A stretch of 64,000 nt of DNA from Phoronis australis (taxonomy: Eukaryota; Animalia; Phoronida). A model generated the notes under the pieces. It was not told where the DNA came from and ran no database searches. It worked only from the letters and a program-made list of their open reading frames with translations. A program made the position numbers and the translations under genes. Shown in pieces: positions 1 to 11,312 of this stretch. Location of the stretch: the NCBI GenBank assembly GCA_002633005.1, contig NMRA01000730.1:62001-126000 (forward strand), read 5' to 3'. Every line of letters starts with the position of its first letter. The stretch's first letter is position 1.

Positions 1-9
1 CCTCGTCAG

Positions 10-74
10 ATTTATCAGAGCCTATTGACGTCTACAGCGATTGGATCGACGCATGCGAACAAGCCAACCAATAG
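10..74 (+). CDS. ELOF1: Transcription elongation factor 1 homolog, last coding exon
   Basis: cag acceptor at 7-9, then (Y)[23 protein letters not shown]; matches the conserved ELOF1/Elf1 C-terminus ([16 protein letters not shown]). Confidence 0.9.
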
Positions 75-3000
75 CAAGACGCCTGAACACCAATCGTGGT
101 GTCATCATACATTGACCAGTTCATGATAAGTTATTTTTACTCGCATCAGCCATTATATTTTCAATTTTGTTGTGAGTTCAGCCTCCTTTGTCTCGGCAGT
201 TTCTTTAATTCACAAATGTAATGCAGTACTTTTTGTGACAGAGAGGCCGTGTTGTGAAAATTGTAGTTTTTCTGACAAGTATTTTTGAAATGTGAAAATG
301 TCCACATTGAAAACATTCTATGTTAATTAATGATTGTAGTCAATGTTTGCTATTTGTTGAAATCCTTAACAACTTGCTGACTGAATTGAAATGTGTATTT
401 TTTCTGTTGTCTTGATCATTGTCATGATCCGTTGAATTCTTTTACAACTTACTGACTGAATACATATAATTTTGTGTTGTATCTTGACTTGGACATATGA
501 TTTTCATACTTGTCATTGAATGACCTATTGTTGGCAGGGTTCTTACGAAGATGGTTTTTAATCAAACACTTTCCATGTTCATGATGGTGTAAGAGGTGAT
601 GGGTTTAAAGAAAAACGGCTTTAAGGACCACGATATGTAGTGGACAGTTTCATACATAAAATTTGATAAATGTTAATTGCTCATTATGTTTTGAAAATTT
701 ATTTAAGTTGTAAGCCTTGCACCTATGCAGCAACACAGGTATAGCACATTTTTAATGTTATGTAATGTTACTGTAAGACATTTGTATATCTGTACTAGAA
801 CACTATATCTGATATACTGCAGTGACTTATAAGTTTGGAATTGTTGAGCGCAGTATACTCTGTGTTGAATGACTGCTATTTGCAAAGTCAAATCAATATA
901 CTTATTTGGAGTACGTTTTATCGTTTACTTTAGAGTTGACAATGGTCTTCAAATTTGCCATACGAAACACGTACATGGCTCTTGGTTCAAATAACAATTA
1001 AGTAATATGTATTATCTGTCTGGGTCGTACATGTAGTATAATTGTACTTCATTCTATTATGCAATGTAAACATTGAAGTTTCCCCAGTCAGAGTTGCTGG
1101 TAAGACACCACCCCACCCCCAAATATCCCTGCATATCTAAAGTGCTGACAACAGAAGCTGACCCCTCCTGGTTTATTGTGAAAAAGAAACATGTTATTCA
1201 TCTCTGGATAAAACTTGGCACCGAACCCTGTTTAGCGCACAATATGGCAGAAAAGTGAATTTTTATTTTTGTAAAATTTCTGAAGAAAAATTAAGATTTA
1301 AGAAAATTTTAGTCTGTTGGCTTGGTTTGTACTGTCTACTCGGTAAGTTTCCATTACATTGAATTTAGTACACCGCACTCCCAGTTTTAAGGGCCCCCTA
1401 TGGACACGAACAAAGAAAGTGATGCTGGCGTGCCATTTTTGTTTTCTGCCAACATTTATCCTTAGAAAAATCTGGTTGGGCCTCCTCACTCAAGGCATGT
1501 TAGATTTGCCACGTATGCAAGGTTACAACGTAAAAGTTTGAACCACATGTCAGTATGAGTAAGACGTTCTTCACAAAAACAAATTCCGATTTAAACCAGT
1601 TGCTGTTATGAAATTGGTTTTTAAATTTTCCCTGGCCAAGTTTGAGGTGATTTCAGAGCTTCACAAGAACTGACAGTTTGTTATTCCTCAAGACCAGGCT
1701 CTACAAGTTGGCTTGTTATTGCGTGTTATTCAATGCACAAAACATGGTCTCAATGAGTAACAAACTGTCTATTATTAAATAACCCAGAAATAACTGCCCA
1801 TCTGATAATGAACAAGTAGAGACCAATTTTATAGGAGCATGTGGTCTACACCAAAAGTTTCCCTTCCTCGGATTGACCACTCATGAGCAAATCGTATGTA
1901 CAAATACAACTTAGCAATGCAGTGTTCGCCCTACTCTTCCAAAAAGTGGGGTTCAATGGACCCACCAGTATTTTTGGGGTCCATGAAACTTAGTCCCGAA
2001 ATCTTTAAAAACAAACTCGCAAAATATGAGACGAGCTTTTTTCATATTCATCTGGCTTCGGAAAATGAAGCAATTTAGCAGTGCTGTTATCAATGAAAGG
2101 CACGGTAAGATAATCGTGAAAAGAACCAAATGATTTTTGTTTTTAGTTTTATCTATCACAATCTTTGAACAAAAAGTTGGGTCTAAAGTGACGCACTCAT
2201 CAATTTGTGTCTTCTACAGTTTGGTTGTGTCAAATGACACAAAAACGCAGCCTCGGTCAAACACTGCAATTACTTAAAGAATCCAAATTGTAAATGAAAT
2301 TGAATTAGTCTGCTGGTCAATACTCACTCCTAGAACCTCGAAGGCATGATGCCTCCTTTAAAGGGAAGATAGTACTGTAGCTTGGATGGAACCGCGGTCT
2401 CTTGCTTTCCCAAGACATCTCGTGTGGTTATCAACCTCGCGCACTCTTGTCACAAGCAGACGACACTTTGAATGAATATGGCCTCCTCACTGAAACCATT
2501 TTTTTCTGTGCAGGATCTTGACATTCTCATTTTAGGAGTTTAATTTTATGAGAATTGTCCAGCAGATCAGATTAAATTCGATTTAGAATGAACTTTCCTG
2601 GATGGATCAACAAATGCATTTTATTAATCTCAAGTTTTACTGTCGAATAGAAATAACATGGTTCACAAATACAGTAAAGTACACGCGAAAAGCATTCAGA
2701 TAAAATGTCCCAGAATTCCCCGTTTTGACGACTCTGGAGAAGCAGAATTCATCAAACCTATGATTGAAGGGCAATGAACAGGAACTTCAGTAAAATTAGG
2801 TGGCTAAGCCATTCTGTAATTAGAATTTTACCCTCGTAACAGTCATCATCAGTCATTTTTGCTACTGACAGAATTAGCCATCCCGATGGGGAACGGTATT
2901 TTATAAAATTACTTTTGCCTTGTACTGTATCTGAGAGTAACAAATCGGTACCAAAATGCGTTTATCAATGTTGAACATGGAAGACATAATACCAGTTCCA

Positions 3001-3590
3001 TAAAATTACGAACAAATTGCTCTTTGAATTAAAATGTACAATTGTTTTCACTGGTAAGCAGCTGGAGACACTCCTACAGAGTCAACCTGGACATTAATAC
3101 ATTTCTTTCTGAAGGCATCTGCATACACGTTACAGTACGTTACGATCTTAATTTTGCTTAAAATGTGTTCCTGTAAAACTACTTTGACAAGACCTAACTT
3201 TTCTGAAGCCTTCACGAGGAATACGGATAACTGTGGTCTGGGTCTGTCAGAGCACACCAGATGACCCATTTCATTCTTGAACTCGATGTGATGGTCACAA
3301 ATTTTCAGAGTATCAACAAGCATCTTAATATGTACTTTCACACTGAATTACACAATAGGAATGAAGATCCTAGCAATATACAGATATAGACCTATAACAC
3401 GCTCACAGAAATCTCAAAAACAGTATGCTAGAAAAGTGGACTTAATTTGTTTGATCAGTTAGCAAGCAAAAACATTCCCTTTCATCGCTAGCCTGATATG
3501 TCATAAAATAACATCTAATAAAGCCTTGGTTACCTGCAACAAAGTAGTCCGTCTTCAAAACTTGCCTTGCAGTACGGTCAGCATGGAAAT

Positions 3591-3860
3591 CCATGTCGCA
3601 AACATTTTTAAGTGGGCCCAGTATGCCACCTCTTGGCCACATAACGTAGCCTCAAGGCTGAAAAGATTTCTGCCCCAACCCAGATTTCTGTATTGGACTG
3701 GTGGTCACGATAGCTCAGTGAAATAGAGCATCTGCAGTTAGCAGAAGGTCACGGGTTCGAGTCCCGGTTGGGGCAGAATTCTATTCAGATTTATTTTCAT
3801 TACGTCACGTGTTATGGCCACAGGTGCCCTGCTGATCAGACTTAAAAATGTTTGCGATAT
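3591..3860. mobile_element. Two head-to-head copies of a tRNA-derived SINE-like repeat (truncated - copy ~3591-3686; + copy ~3703-3860)
   Basis: A-box TAGCTCAGTG and B-box GGTTCGAGTCC at ~3711-3764. The body motif ACTTAAAAATGTTTGCGA(T/C)ATGG and GGTTGGGGCAGAA are present in both orientations. No proper anticodon arm. Confidence 0.6.
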
Positions 3861-4636
3861 GGTCAGTTTTGTAATAACCACATTAAACAATGCACTGATG
3901 TACAATTCTATTGGCAAGAGAGATCAAAATTATATGCTTCACAATACATTAAATGTAAGAAAATTACTCATGACACACTCTAACTACAAAATCCTCAAGG
4001 TAGTCGAAAGAACTGCGGCACAGTTCACAAATATTTTGTCCAATGGATGGCTAGCAGACGTCCGGAGGTCAGTAAATTGCAAAGCATACCATTCGTGTAC
4101 ACGAGAAGTTAAGAACTGTCTTCCAGCCATTCTGGATGTACGTTTGTCACCCAATTGACAAAATATACATTAACTGTACTGTATTTGTCAAAATTCCATG
4201 GTTTCCATGTCCTAATTTTCTTCAATAGATTATGCAGTAACTTGTAAGTCAACCATATATTAGACAATGGCTACCACAATATAATTATTTGGACTTCATG
4301 AAATACAGGCTTTTATTGTCTTTACAATTTTATACTCTCACTATCAACTTCGATAATTGTACCTCGTTGACTGGTAGAGATCATGGCACAAAGAAAGTTC
4401 TAATACCGCAGCCAAAAGATGGCGCCTTGGTGTGACCCTGAACAAGGCATAGTTTCCTGATATTACTGTCAACGTAATGTTATCACTGTGGCAGTGATGT
4501 TAAAACTTGATTAAAAATGTGGTTTTAGCTTATTTGTTTTAATTCAGCATTCTGGTGATTGATGTGAAACCATTAGAGTGTCACCCAATACTAAATCATT
4601 ATTGCTATTGTGACACTATTTAAAATAAAATTATTC

Positions 4637-4918
4637 TCACTGTTCATGAGGTCCTTGAGCTCGCCATTCCACAAACTGTCTGTATATGATACTGACGTAA
4701 ATCGCCAGCAACAGAATGACCAGTAAATCGTCCAGCAACCCAAGAATTCCAAAAGCTGCCTCTGGGATGATATCGAATGGTGATATAAAGTATAGGAGAG
4801 CCACCACAAAACAAACTATGATTCTAAAACGGAACATCCATAGAAGTCCACTCAGGGAAAAGAATTCTGTGAACGCATGCCGTAGCAATGTCGGAAGGTC
4901 GTATAGATAATCCATAAT
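4637..4918 (-). CDS. RNF170: E3 ubiquitin ligase RNF170, last exon (DUF1232/YkvA-type TM region)
   Basis: [16 protein letters not shown]...[23 protein letters not shown]...; AG acceptor at 4919-4920 (minus), stop at 4637. Confidence 0.92.
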   Translation of the reverse strand: MMDYLYDLPTLLRHAFTEFFSLSGLLWMFRFRIIVCFVVALLYFISPFDIIPEAAFGILGLLDDLLVILLLAIYVSIIYRQFVEWRAQGPHEQ

Positions 4919-6009
4919 CTGAAATAAGATTCTTTCACAGGTGAATTTTAGAACATTATGTGATATATTAAAATCTATCTAACCCTAAAACCATAAGTTA
5001 TAGCAAAATTGGCAATAACAGTCACTTACAGGGGTCTCACATTTTGAGAACCAGTTTGATAGCTGTTATTCAGTGGACAAAACTGGTTCTCAAATATTTA
5101 GGAGTCATGTAAGTGACTGTGTAACTATAGACAAGATTATCCCCTTTTTGTTGTGGGTAAACTACAACTCTGAATGGCAAATATTAATCACCCATCAACA
5201 TCAAATGTCAAATCTGGCTGGTTCCCTGACTCAAGACATCCATATTTGTTTTAAAATGGTAAATTTGATTCGATTCTGCAACAACTTTGTTTCGGCTTAC
5301 AGGCATGCAACCGTCAGTCTCATTGCACGAGACATCTATATATAGGTGCGGAACAACTAGCAGGTAAAAGTTCAAGAATATATTCATTGACAAGGCATTA
5401 TTACATTTCAGTAGTTTAACTGACATGAGAGGCATGGCAAAAGCAATCTCTACTTTTAAAACCTGTCAACATAATCACCCAAGTCCCAGCAACAAAGTTT
5501 TCATGTGCAAATATTTTTTTCATTCAACATTGTAGATCAACACGCCCAGATCTGCAACACCATTGGAGAAAGTAGCTCTCTGGTGCTATTTTGAAGCATA
5601 TTGGAGAGAAAGCTGCAACAGCAGGTATTGGATCAGCCAATCAGAGAGGTGTTTAGTTCACAAGCCCAATACATGACAATCAAATGGCTCTTTTTCCAAC
5701 AGTGTTGCATGGAATTTGTTGACGATGTGAACCTTGCTTTAATAAAGACTGGTGGAGTCTGATGTGGACTCAGCTCAACATTTCTCCGAATTGTGATTCG
5801 ATTTACTTCTAATACACATTCAAGACGCAATTTTGCTAAAAATCCCAGTTTAGTTACGTGGTCATTGAGGACCATAACAGAGCCATCGCAAGATATTTTG
5901 AAACACTCTTATGAAAAAATAAGAAGCGTACATCAGATGGATGAAGGTTCTACAGACTCGAGGTTTTAGAATTCAAAATGCTAGCAAATTGGATGTTAGT
6001 AATACTCAC

Positions 6010-6203
6010 TGGTCGAGGTTCACCAGAAAACCTTCTGTTATAACTGTTGACTTCACTGATCACATCATTTTTAACAACAGAGGTAGCAGCAGTTTCGTCC
6101 GCAGAGAAGTGAAAAAGTAAGATGGTCACTGGCTGTCGACACACCGGACATCTGACGGCGCCCAGCCAATGACCGTGTCTCCAGTAAGCAATGATGCAGC
6201 GTC
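6010..6203 (-). CDS. RNF170: RNF170 exon 3 (copy left of the N)
   Basis: [27 protein letters not shown]...[11 protein letters not shown]; cag acceptor and gtgagt donor; phases join exons 2 and 4. Confidence 0.85.
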
Positions 6204-6944
6204 CTGCAAACAATGGAACTTGCTATTAGTGACTATGGTCACAGTACAATTCACCAATAGTTTGTCATACAGACAGCAATTAGGCAGTGCCCAATGGTTT
6301 GGGGAATGGTAAAGGGTGATCAGCTAACGACCAAAGCAAGTTGTATGGAACTGTCCACAGCTGTCCTCCAGATGTCAATGGAAATTTCCCAATCCACAAA
6401 ATATGCGTGAACTATACTGTATGGTTGTCAGGCCAAAGTGTTCACAAGCAGGTTCCAAATGGAGATGCACTCCTTAAATTGCTGTTGCCTAGAAACACCC
6501 ATGATGATGATGCAAACGATAGTCATGTTTTGCAGTGTGGATAAACAGCCCAGTGAAGTGGGCACAGTCCAGATTACCAGATAATCATATGTACGAGCCT
6601 CATTTATCTGCTCAGACCACCAATTTTTCTGCTTGAACCATTGAATCATCTACACAAATTCCTCAACTGTACATGTCTACAAACCATGTCAAGCACACTA
6701 TAATAATTATTCAGGTATAGGGAACTGCAAACTTAAATCTCTATGAGCATCAAGACATCCACACAAGTCACTTGTCAACTATATTCAAGTAAGTATGCAG
6801 TTGATATTCATGATCATGTCCGTTTGATCGTATGTCACAGTTGTGAAGACAATTTGCCAATGAGGCTTTCTTTTTCCAATGTATGGGAAAGGAAAGCCTC
6901 ATTTTTCGGGCTTAAGACAACAAGCATGCATTAAAGTTTCATAC

Positions 6945-7081
6945 CACAAAACATATGTCCGCAGTTGGTTTCAACTGCAAATTCAGCTTCAGCCAAACAC
7001 ACAGGACAGTTGAGATCCCCTGCTGCATTTCGCTCGTTTCTGCGTGCGTCACTTTGTTCTTGAAGCCCTAAACGTGCCTGA
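6945..7081 (-). CDS. RNF170: Truncated duplicate of RNF170 exon 2, cut at the assembly N (7082)
   Basis: Matches 8728-8864; lacks the acceptor end. Confidence 0.5.
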
Positions 7082-7803
7082 NGTCCCATTGCACGAGACA
7101 TCTATATATAGGTGCGGGACAACTAGTAGATAAAAGTTCAAGAATATATTCAAGGCATTATTACATTTCAACAGTTTAACTGACATGAGAGGCATGGCAA
7201 AAGCAATCTCTACTTTTAAAACCTGTCAACATAATCACCGAAGTCCCAGCAACACTGTTGATGAAATGTGATAAAGTATCAACAAAGTTTTAACTGTGTA
7301 AATCATTTTTCATTAAACGCTGTAGATCAACATGCCCAAATCTGCAACACCGTTGGAGAAAGTTGGTCTCTGCTGCTATTTTGATGCATACTGGAGAGAA
7401 AGCTGCAACAGCAAGTACGTAGATGGATCAGCCAATCATAGAGGTGTTTAGATCACGAGCCCAATACATGACAATCGAATGGTTCTTTTTCCAACAGTGT
7501 TGCATGGAATTTGTTGATGATGTGTACTTTGTTTTAATAAAGACTGGTGGAGTCTGATGTGGACTCGGCTCAACATTTCTCCAAATTGTGATTCGATTTA
7601 CTTCTAATACACATTCAAGACGCAATTTTGCTAAAAATCCCAGTTTAGTTACGTGGTCATTGAGGACCACAACAGAGCCATCGCAAGATATTTTGAAACA
7701 CTCTCATGATGAATAAGAAGCGTACATCAGATGGATGAAGGTTCTACAGACTCAAGGTTTTAGAATTCAAAATGCTAGCAAATTGGATGTTAGTAATACT
7801 CAC

Positions 7804-7997
7804 TGGTCGAGGTTCACCAGAAAACCTTCTGTTATAACTGTTAACTTCACTGATCACATCATTTTTAACAACAGAGGTAGCAGCGGTTTCTTCCGCAGAG
7901 AAGTGAAAAAGTAAGATGGTCACTGGCTGCCGACACACCGGACATCTGACGGCGCCCAGCCAATGACCGTGTCTCCAGTAAGCAATGATGCAGCGTC
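7804..7997 (-). CDS. RNF170: RNF170 exon 3 (copy right of the N)
   Basis: Near-identical to 6010-6203 (ADETAA vs AEETAA) with the same splice sites. Confidence 0.8.
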
Positions 7998-8727
7998 CTG
8001 CAAATAATGGAACTTGCTAAGCGATTATGGTCACAGTACAATTCACCAATAGTTTGTCATAAAGACAGCAATTAGGCAGTGTCCAATGGTTTGGGGAATG
8101 GTAAAGGGTGATCAGCTAACGACCAAAGCAAGTTGTATGGAACTGTCCACAGCTGTCCTCCAGATGTCAACGGAAATTTCCCAATCCACAAAATATGCGT
8201 GAACTATACTGTATGGTTGTCAGGCCAAAGTGTTCACTAGCAGGTTCCAAATGGAGATGCACCCCTTAAATTGCTGTGGCCTAGAAACACCCATGATGAT
8301 GATGCAAACGATAGTCATGTTTTGCAGTGTGGATAAACAGCTCAGTGAAGTGGGCAGATTACCAGATAATCATATGTACGAGCCTCATTTATCTGCTCAG
8401 ACCACCAATTTTTCTGCTTGAACCATTGAATCATCTACACTAATTCCTCAACTGTACATGTCTACAAACCATGTCAAGCACACTATAATAATTATTCAGG
8501 TATAGGGAACTGCAAACTTATCTCTATGAGCATCAAGACATCCACACAAGTAACTTTTCAACTACATTCAAGTAAGTATGCAGTTGATATTCATGATCAT
8601 GTCCGTTTGATCGTATGTCACAGTTGTGAAGACAATTTGCCAATGAGGCTTTCCTTTTCCAATGTATGGGAAAGGAAAGCCTCATTTATCGGGCTTAAGA
8701 CAACAAGCATGCAATAAAGTTTCATAC

Positions 8728-8921
8728 CACAAAACATATGTCCGCAGTTGGTTTCAACTGCAAATTCAGCTTCAGCCAAACACACAGGACAGTTGAGATC
8801 CCCTGCTGCATTTCGCTCGTTTCTGCGTGCGTCACTTTGTTCTTGAAGCCCTAAACGTGCCTGATCAACTGCTGATTCACTCTCTGGATGGATTGTTTGA
8901 TTGTTAGGTCTTTGGCCAAGT
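8728..8921 (-). CDS. RNF170: RNF170 exon 2 (first half of the C3HC4 RING)
   Basis: LGQRPNNQTIHPESE...DLNCPVCLAEAEFAVETNCGHMFCG; cag acceptor, gtatg donor. Confidence 0.92.
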
Positions 8922-10437
8922 CTGCAAAATATCATAAATTCAGGTTGGATGTTTTATCGCAATTTCACTTCAAGCACCGTGCAGACAAAGGTAGCACAAT
9001 ACCATAACTTTCATGTAAGAATCTTGAAAGAAGGTACAAGTTACAGCAAAAGCACATCCATCATTTAACTAGCAATTGAAAGGACACTGTCATATCTCTA
9101 TAGAAGCATTTGGCGCATATGTGTAGTGGCACTTGGTTTTATAGAGATTAATAATAATTTGTTTCTTCATCACAGTTTTGTACTTAACGATGGCAGCAGT
9201 ACTACCCAAAACTGTTCTCTTTGATTATATGTTAATTATAATTTTGTACACTTCAATTATACCACAGACCAACCTTGTTCAAAATGGAGTCTAATGAAAA
9301 ATACTTTGCAAAGAATACAAGTCATACAATGCAATGAATAAGCATGGCTATCCGCCATTTGATAATAAAATATAAAATGTAAATCCACATGAACATTTTC
9401 AAAACAGATGTTCAACAAACTGCAAAAATACCAAAAACTCCCCGCTTACCTTCTAGTGTGATCGTGCCTTCCGTGGCCAATCGGCAATTCCTGTGTCATC
9501 TGCCATTACCTTGGATAGTAGGCCAGGGGAGTTTTCGGCATTTCATGACAAACTTGGAGCGAACTCCACATTTTGGGTGCCATTAATTTTTTTGCTGTGC
9601 GCAATAACCACAAACTATTTCAATTGACGTGCAGTGCATGACACTTGAAAAACACAGCATGAGAAGACATCCAGTAGAATTAGTAAGATTTGTGTCCCTG
9701 GCACGTTTTCTTTGTCAACTGGCATGATTTCGTTTTTTTCTTCAAAATGAAAGAAGCTTGACTGAATTGTCTCCAGAGACATGGTATGTGTAAATCATTA
9801 ACTAAATGTGTGAAGATGTTATGCACTGAAATGACTAACTTCTTATGGAATATCACCTGTGTACACGGCGATATAATTGCCTAGATGCTAGAATGTCATA
9901 GACGGTGACCATCCCATAGGCCCTTCATGCGCTGTCATATCCCCTAGAGCGAGCAGTGTAAAAATGGCCAGTTGCCCAACTGAATAAAGGACTTCTTGAA
10001 AACCATGTTTGATTACGGAAGTATTTGTTAGAATTGGAAGGATTTAAAGACATCGACGGCCTCCTAAGGTGTCCCTCTATGCGCAAAAGGTACTCACAGC
10101 AACATGACTTTGATAGTTTAATCAGTGCGAGGCATAATTCTCTGAAAAGCTTCCAGCTCATGACTGGCCAATGGGATGACCACTGTCTCTACTGCTAGTT
10201 GAGGCAGTGGGAGTGTCTAAAAATGACTTGCATTAGCAGGAGACACAATGAGGATTGGATGAAATCATCAAAACCATAAATTAAAATTTAATTAAGATCT
10301 GAAGCCAGCTGCTCTGTGGAAGGGGAAAGATTGTTGTATCAAATGATTTCCACTCAGGCAAGACAGTCCAGTAAAAACCATTCCTAGCAACTTCCCAAGT
10401 GGCAATTGCTTTGGTTTAGTCGAATGGTTACGACGCG

Positions 10438-10557
10438 GCACTGGTCGGATGTAGTGGTCCCTGATTTAGAGAACCAGGCAATCACTGAATAACGGTCCCT
10501 TTTTTTTAGTAGATGAAACTGGTTCTCTAAATCAGGGACCGTTATATCCGACCAGTG
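10438..10557. mobile_element. Palindromic ~100-125 bp MITE family (other copies ~5018-5120, 14851-14953, 30637-30740, 35043-35162, 52699-52810)
   Basis: Termini (C)ACT(A/G)GTCGGAT...ATCCGAC(C/T)AGTG with the inner inverted motif GAGAACCAG...CTGAATAAC...AACTGGTTCTC shared among copies. Confidence 0.75.
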
Positions 10558-10598
10558 GCAGTGGCAGTGCATGGGGCGCGCGGGGAGCCCCAGCGTGC

Positions 10599-10737
10599 GT
10601 TCAGTAATGCTTGGACCTACGCTAAGACTAAGCTAAAATCTAGCCAAAGTCACATGTTCTCATTTAAAATACACGGCAATATCTCACGTAATCTCGCGAA
10701 GTCTTGCTTTTTAGCGAGGTCCTAGCGTTATTGAACT
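10599..10737. mobile_element. MITE with TIR GTTCAGTAA(C/T)GCT(A/T)GGACCT; inverted copy at 55292-55423
   Basis: Over 100 bp of high similarity in reverse complement between the two loci, with terminal inverted repeats. Confidence 0.7.
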
Positions 10738-10839
10738 AGAGTTGAGCTAGACTCAGCTAGAGCTAGAGCCAGTGGCAGTAGAGGCCGGTTCATGTTGAAG
10801 TCAAGGTGTCAGAAGATTCTCAACAGTTTCAATTATTAC

Positions 10840-10952
10840 CTCCATAATAAATAGATCAAACCCGGGATAATGCCAAATACTAATGTAAGTACTGTGTACA
10901 TAAGTTCGTCACCAACACCTTCAAGAATTGTAGAGGACGTTACAAGGACCAT
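10840..10952 (-). CDS. RNF170: RNF170 exon 1 (N-terminal TM helix); not in the ORF track
   Basis: MVLVTSSTILEGVGDELMYTVLTLVFGIIPGLIYLLW-AG|gtaat; the EGVxD motif plus TM helix is typical of the RNF170 N-terminus, and phase 2 joins exon 2 in frame. Confidence 0.85.
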
Positions 10953-11312
10953 CTTTCGCAAACCAAAACATTTCAACCGGAACAGGAAGTATTTTTCCTT
11001 GCAACGGCGCGCGCATTTGTGAACTTGACTTTTCTAGCCTCGAAGACAGTAGACTTTCGTAAAAACTTTCCGTTTTAACACCTCTAAAGTACACATGTAA
11101 GTTCGTTATCGGTAAAACTCTTTTAACGTCGTGATTACACATTGTTGAACGTGGTTTAAATATATTTTTCTCTGAAATGGTTTACAAAAGCGAAATATTG
11201 GATTCCAACAAAAAAGCAATATGGCGCGCTTGTTCTGGGCAATTAGAATCACATTGCTCTTGAAGTGAACGAATAATTCGACGGTTTGCAGTCTGTTTAT
11301 GGCACTGCAATC
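10953..11312. promoter_or_regulatory. Bidirectional promoter shared by RNF170 (-) and ubinuclein/PIGG (+)
   Basis: 360 bp between divergent ATGs; tandem ETS-like ACCGGAACAGGAAGT (10976-10990), NRF1-like GCGCGCGCAT (11007-11016), YY1-like AATATGGCG (11218-11226); CpG-enriched. Confidence 0.7.

Larger units (their letters stand above)
5317..8864. repeat. Direct duplication 5317-7081 / 7083-8864 across an N (probable haplotype/assembly overlap)
   Basis: High-identity copies with scattered SNPs and indels; the junction falls exactly on the n at 7082. Confidence 0.85.

Noticed and set aside
3703-3776. Functional tRNA gene
   Set aside because: A and B boxes are present, but the anticodon arm is shortened and the acceptor stem does not pair; it continues into a repeat body, so it is SINE-like.
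11286-11312. TTG start given in the ORF track for ubinuclein
   Set aside because: Eukaryotic gene; the ATG at 11313 has good Kozak context and the TTG overlaps a likely splice acceptor.
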